Of a stretch of DNA of 64,000 nt, positions 61,776 through 64,000 are shown piece after piece. Under the pieces are notes generated by a model. The model was not told the DNA's origin. It searched no databases and saw nothing but the letters and a program-made list of their open reading frames with translations. Positions within the stretch are counted from its first letter, which is position 1. Each line of letters begins with the position of its first letter. The position numbers and the translations under genes were made by a program. Source of the DNA: Alphaproteobacteria bacterium (GTDB lineage Bacteria; Pseudomonadota; Alphaproteobacteria; MPNO01); assembly GCA_964291675.2 (NCBI GenBank), contig OZ219865.1:992001-1056000 (forward strand). The letters are read 5' to 3'.

Positions 61776-62324
61776 TCAGACGCCGCTTTGATCGTCGCCG
61801 CCGGCCGGCGCCGGACCCGACCCGCCCGCATGGCGGACGACGTTGACCGCGAAGGCCACCGCGCCGCAGGCGCTCAATACGGCGATGAAATAGGTGACCG
61901 GCGCGAGCCGGATCTCCAGGAACTCGGTCGCGTCGCCGTACTCGGCCTCCCGAACCCCGATGATCCAGACCCGCCAGGCGACGAAGCCGAGCGCCGCCGC
62001 CATGATCGCGTTGAGGATCGCCTGGCGCAGCGGCACCAGCCGGTCGGGAAACCAGATGTCGAGCAAATCGACCGAGACGTGCTCCTCGCGCAGGCACACC
62101 GAGGGCAGGATGGCGAAGACGACCACCGCCAGCATGAGCTGGGTCAGCTCGGTCGCGCCGTCGAGCGGGGCGCCCAGCAGCTCGCGCCCGATGACGTCGA
62201 CGCAGGTCATCGCCATCAGGGCGAACAGCACCGCCGAGGACGCCCCTTCCGGGACGGCGGTCAGCCAGAAGCCGAGGCGCCGCCCGGAAGGGGGTTTCCC
62301 GTCAACCGGACCCGCCTCGCTCAC
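61776..62324 (-). CDS. dctQ: TRAP transporter small permease (DctQ)
   Basis: 4 TM; 'DVIGR', 'E.HVSVDLL'. Confidence 0.88.
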   Translation of the reverse strand: MSEAGPVDGKPPSGRRLGFWLTAVPEGASSAVLFALMAMTCVDVIGRELLGAPLDGATELTQLMLAVVVFAILPSVCLREEHVSVDLLDIWFPDRLVPLRQAILNAIMAAALGFVAWRVWIIGVREAEYGDATEFLEIRLAPVTYFIAVLSACGAVAFAVNVVRHAGGSGPAPAGGDDQSGV

Positions 62325-63340
62325 TTGGCCTTGTCATAGGCGCGGGCGGTCTGGCGCAGCTCGGCGAGCGCGGCGCGGGCGTCGTAGCCGCCCTTGCTGG
62401 CGCGCTCGATCCACGCCTCCTCGACCGGCTTCATCAGGCCGAGATAGGCCTGCTTCATGGCCGGCGTGGCGGTCTGGATCGTGGTTCCCGCCTCCTTGGC
62501 CGCGGCGAGGCCGGCCTTGTCCCCGGCATCCCACACGGTGCCGGCGAACTGCGACAGCTTCCCGCCGGAGACGCTCATCACTGCCTTGCGGTCGGCGTCG
62601 GAGAGCTTCTTCAGCGTGCCCGGGTTGATCAGCAGCGCGAAGCTCCCGTAATAGAGCCCGCCCGGCATGATCATCACATGCGGGACCACCTCCTTGAGGC
62701 GGAAGGTCTTCTGCGTCTCCATCGGCATGAAGATGCCGTCGGCGACGCCGGACGACAGCGCCTCGTAGACCTTGGGCGCCGGCAGCTTGACCGCGGTCAC
62801 GCCGAGCGCCTTGCCGACCAGGCTGCCGACCCCGCCGGGCACGCGGATCTTCATGCCCTTGAGGTCGGAGAGCGCCTTGAGCGGCTTCTTGGTCTGGATC
62901 ACCGCCGGCCCGTGCGACATCAGCCCGAGCAGCACCGTGCCGCGATGCTCGTTGGCCTTGTGCAGGTATTTCTCGTGGATCTTCCAGTAGGCGACGCCGG
63001 CGGCCTCGGCGCTGGTGCCGAGATTGGGCATCTCGACCACCTGGGTCGCGACATAGCGGGTGTTGTAGCCGTGGAAGATCCAGCCGGCGTCGGCGATGCC
63101 GTCGCGCACCACGCCGAACTGCTTGAGCGGCGAGGCGAGCTTGTACTCGATCTTGGTCTTGACCCGGCCCTGGGTCGCCTCGGTCACCCACTTGCCCCAG
63201 GTCGGCCACACGGTGGCGTTGAGGAAATGGGTCGGCGGCGCCCAGCTCGAGATCCGGAGCACGGTCTCGGCGCCGGCGGGGGCGGCTGCGAGCCCGGCGG
63301 CGAGGCAGCCGAGCGGCAGAAGCGCGATACGTTTCAACAT
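62321..63340 (-). CDS. dctP: TRAP transporter substrate-binding protein (DctP)
   Basis: Signal peptide, DLKGMKIRV.G, YEALSSGVADG. Confidence 0.9.
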   Translation of the reverse strand: MLKRIALLPLGCLAAGLAAAPAGAETVLRISSWAPPTHFLNATVWPTWGKWVTEATQGRVKTKIEYKLASPLKQFGVVRDGIADAGWIFHGYNTRYVATQVVEMPNLGTSAEAAGVAYWKIHEKYLHKANEHRGTVLLGLMSHGPAVIQTKKPLKALSDLKGMKIRVPGGVGSLVGKALGVTAVKLPAPKVYEALSSGVADGIFMPMETQKTFRLKEVVPHVMIMPGGLYYGSFALLINPGTLKKLSDADRKAVMSVSGGKLSQFAGTVWDAGDKAGLAAAKEAGTTIQTATPAMKQAYLGLMKPVEEAWIERASKGGYDARAALAELRQTARAYDKAK

Positions 63341-63409
63341 GGTCGTCTCCCCTTGGATGGCGGCGAGCCTATCACGCGACGGCGGGCCTCGAAAACCGGA
63401 TCGGAGCCC

Positions 63410-64000
63410 CTACGCCGCGCTGGCGAACTCGTCCAGCACCCGCTGCTCGTAGGCGAGCAGCTTGCGCACGCTGTCGCGTCGCTGCATGCGCTCGAAATGG
63501 GCGGCGGTGTTGGGGAAGGCGGAGAGGTCGAAGTCGAACTGCGTCGCGCGCCGGCAGCACCAGAAGAAATGCGCATCGGGGGTGGTGAAGCGCTCGAAGA
63601 AGTACTCCCGCCCCTCCAGCATGCCGTCGGCGATGCCGAACGCCTCGGCGAGATACTCCCTGGCGTGGCCGACCACGTTGTCGTCCGCGCCCGGCAGGTC
63701 GCACACCCGGGGCGGGGCGTTGATGCGGCTGAGATAGGGGTGGATGCCCGACGAGCACCAGGAATGCAGCGAGACCGCCTCGAGCGCCTGCCACGGGTCG
63801 TCCGGCAACAGCCGGGCGTCGGGGAAGGCGCGCGCGATCCAGAGCTGGATCGCCGTGCTCTCGGTCATCGTCTGGCCGTCGACCGCCAAGAGCGGCACCT
63901 TGTGCTTGGGGTTGATCGCCATGTAGTCGGTCGACATGTGCTGCCGGCGGCGCAGGTCGAGCGGCCTGACCTCGAATTCCGCCCCGGCCTCGGTCAGCGT
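63410..64000 (-). CDS. Glutathione S-transferase family protein (5' end outside window)
   Basis: INPK.KVP.L, TESTAI..WIA, FT..DA motifs. Confidence 0.88.
   Translation of the reverse strand, partial: TLTEAGAEFEVRPLDLRRRQHMSTDYMAINPKHKVPLLAVDGQTMTESTAIQLWIARAFPDARLLPDDPWQALEAVSLHSWCSSGIHPYLSRINAPPRVCDLPGADDNVVGHAREYLAEAFGIADGMLEGREYFFERFTTPDAHFFWCCRRATQFDFDLSAFPNTAAHFERMQRRDSVRKLLAYEQRVLDEFASAA

Overview
Very GC-rich alphaproteobacterial chromosome segment; gene order and protein motifs suggest a Rhodospirillales-like organism (inference). The core backbone is plsY-dprA-topA-rnr-rpmG, aspS/rnd, hda-AI2E-CDP-alcohol phosphatidyltransferase-DUF2066/purMN, ndk, holC, pepA/surA-pdxA-rsmA, gmk-yicC, mltG-fabF-acpP-fabG-fabD and rpsF-rpsR-rplI. 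It is interleaved with accessory catabolic and transport clusters: deaminases with an ABC system, sulfatase and LLM oxidoreductase; a formamidase island; CoA-transferase and enoyl-CoA hydratases; further ABC and TRAP transporters. Most notable: (1) a three-level nested mobile structure at 54141-56375. A REP-like palindrome is split by a ~410-bp non-coding element with terminal inverted repeats (TIRs) and an 11-bp target duplication. Its left TIR is in turn split by an IS110 element whose non-coding end carries a stem-loop with guide-like segments matching the insertion site (candidate bridge RNA). (2) An HhH-glycosylase-like protein fused to an antitoxin-like tail and coupled to a PIN toxin. 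(3) An unknown, translationally coupled two-gene module at 43401-43942. (4) lptF/lptG/lptD are absent from their usual position between pepA and surA. (5) A second MITE-like element lies between pepA and holC. I recognised no tRNA, rRNA or CRISPR array. Single-base frameshifts in fabD and in the transposase suggest assembly indel errors. All family assignments come from motif recognition by eye, not database searches.
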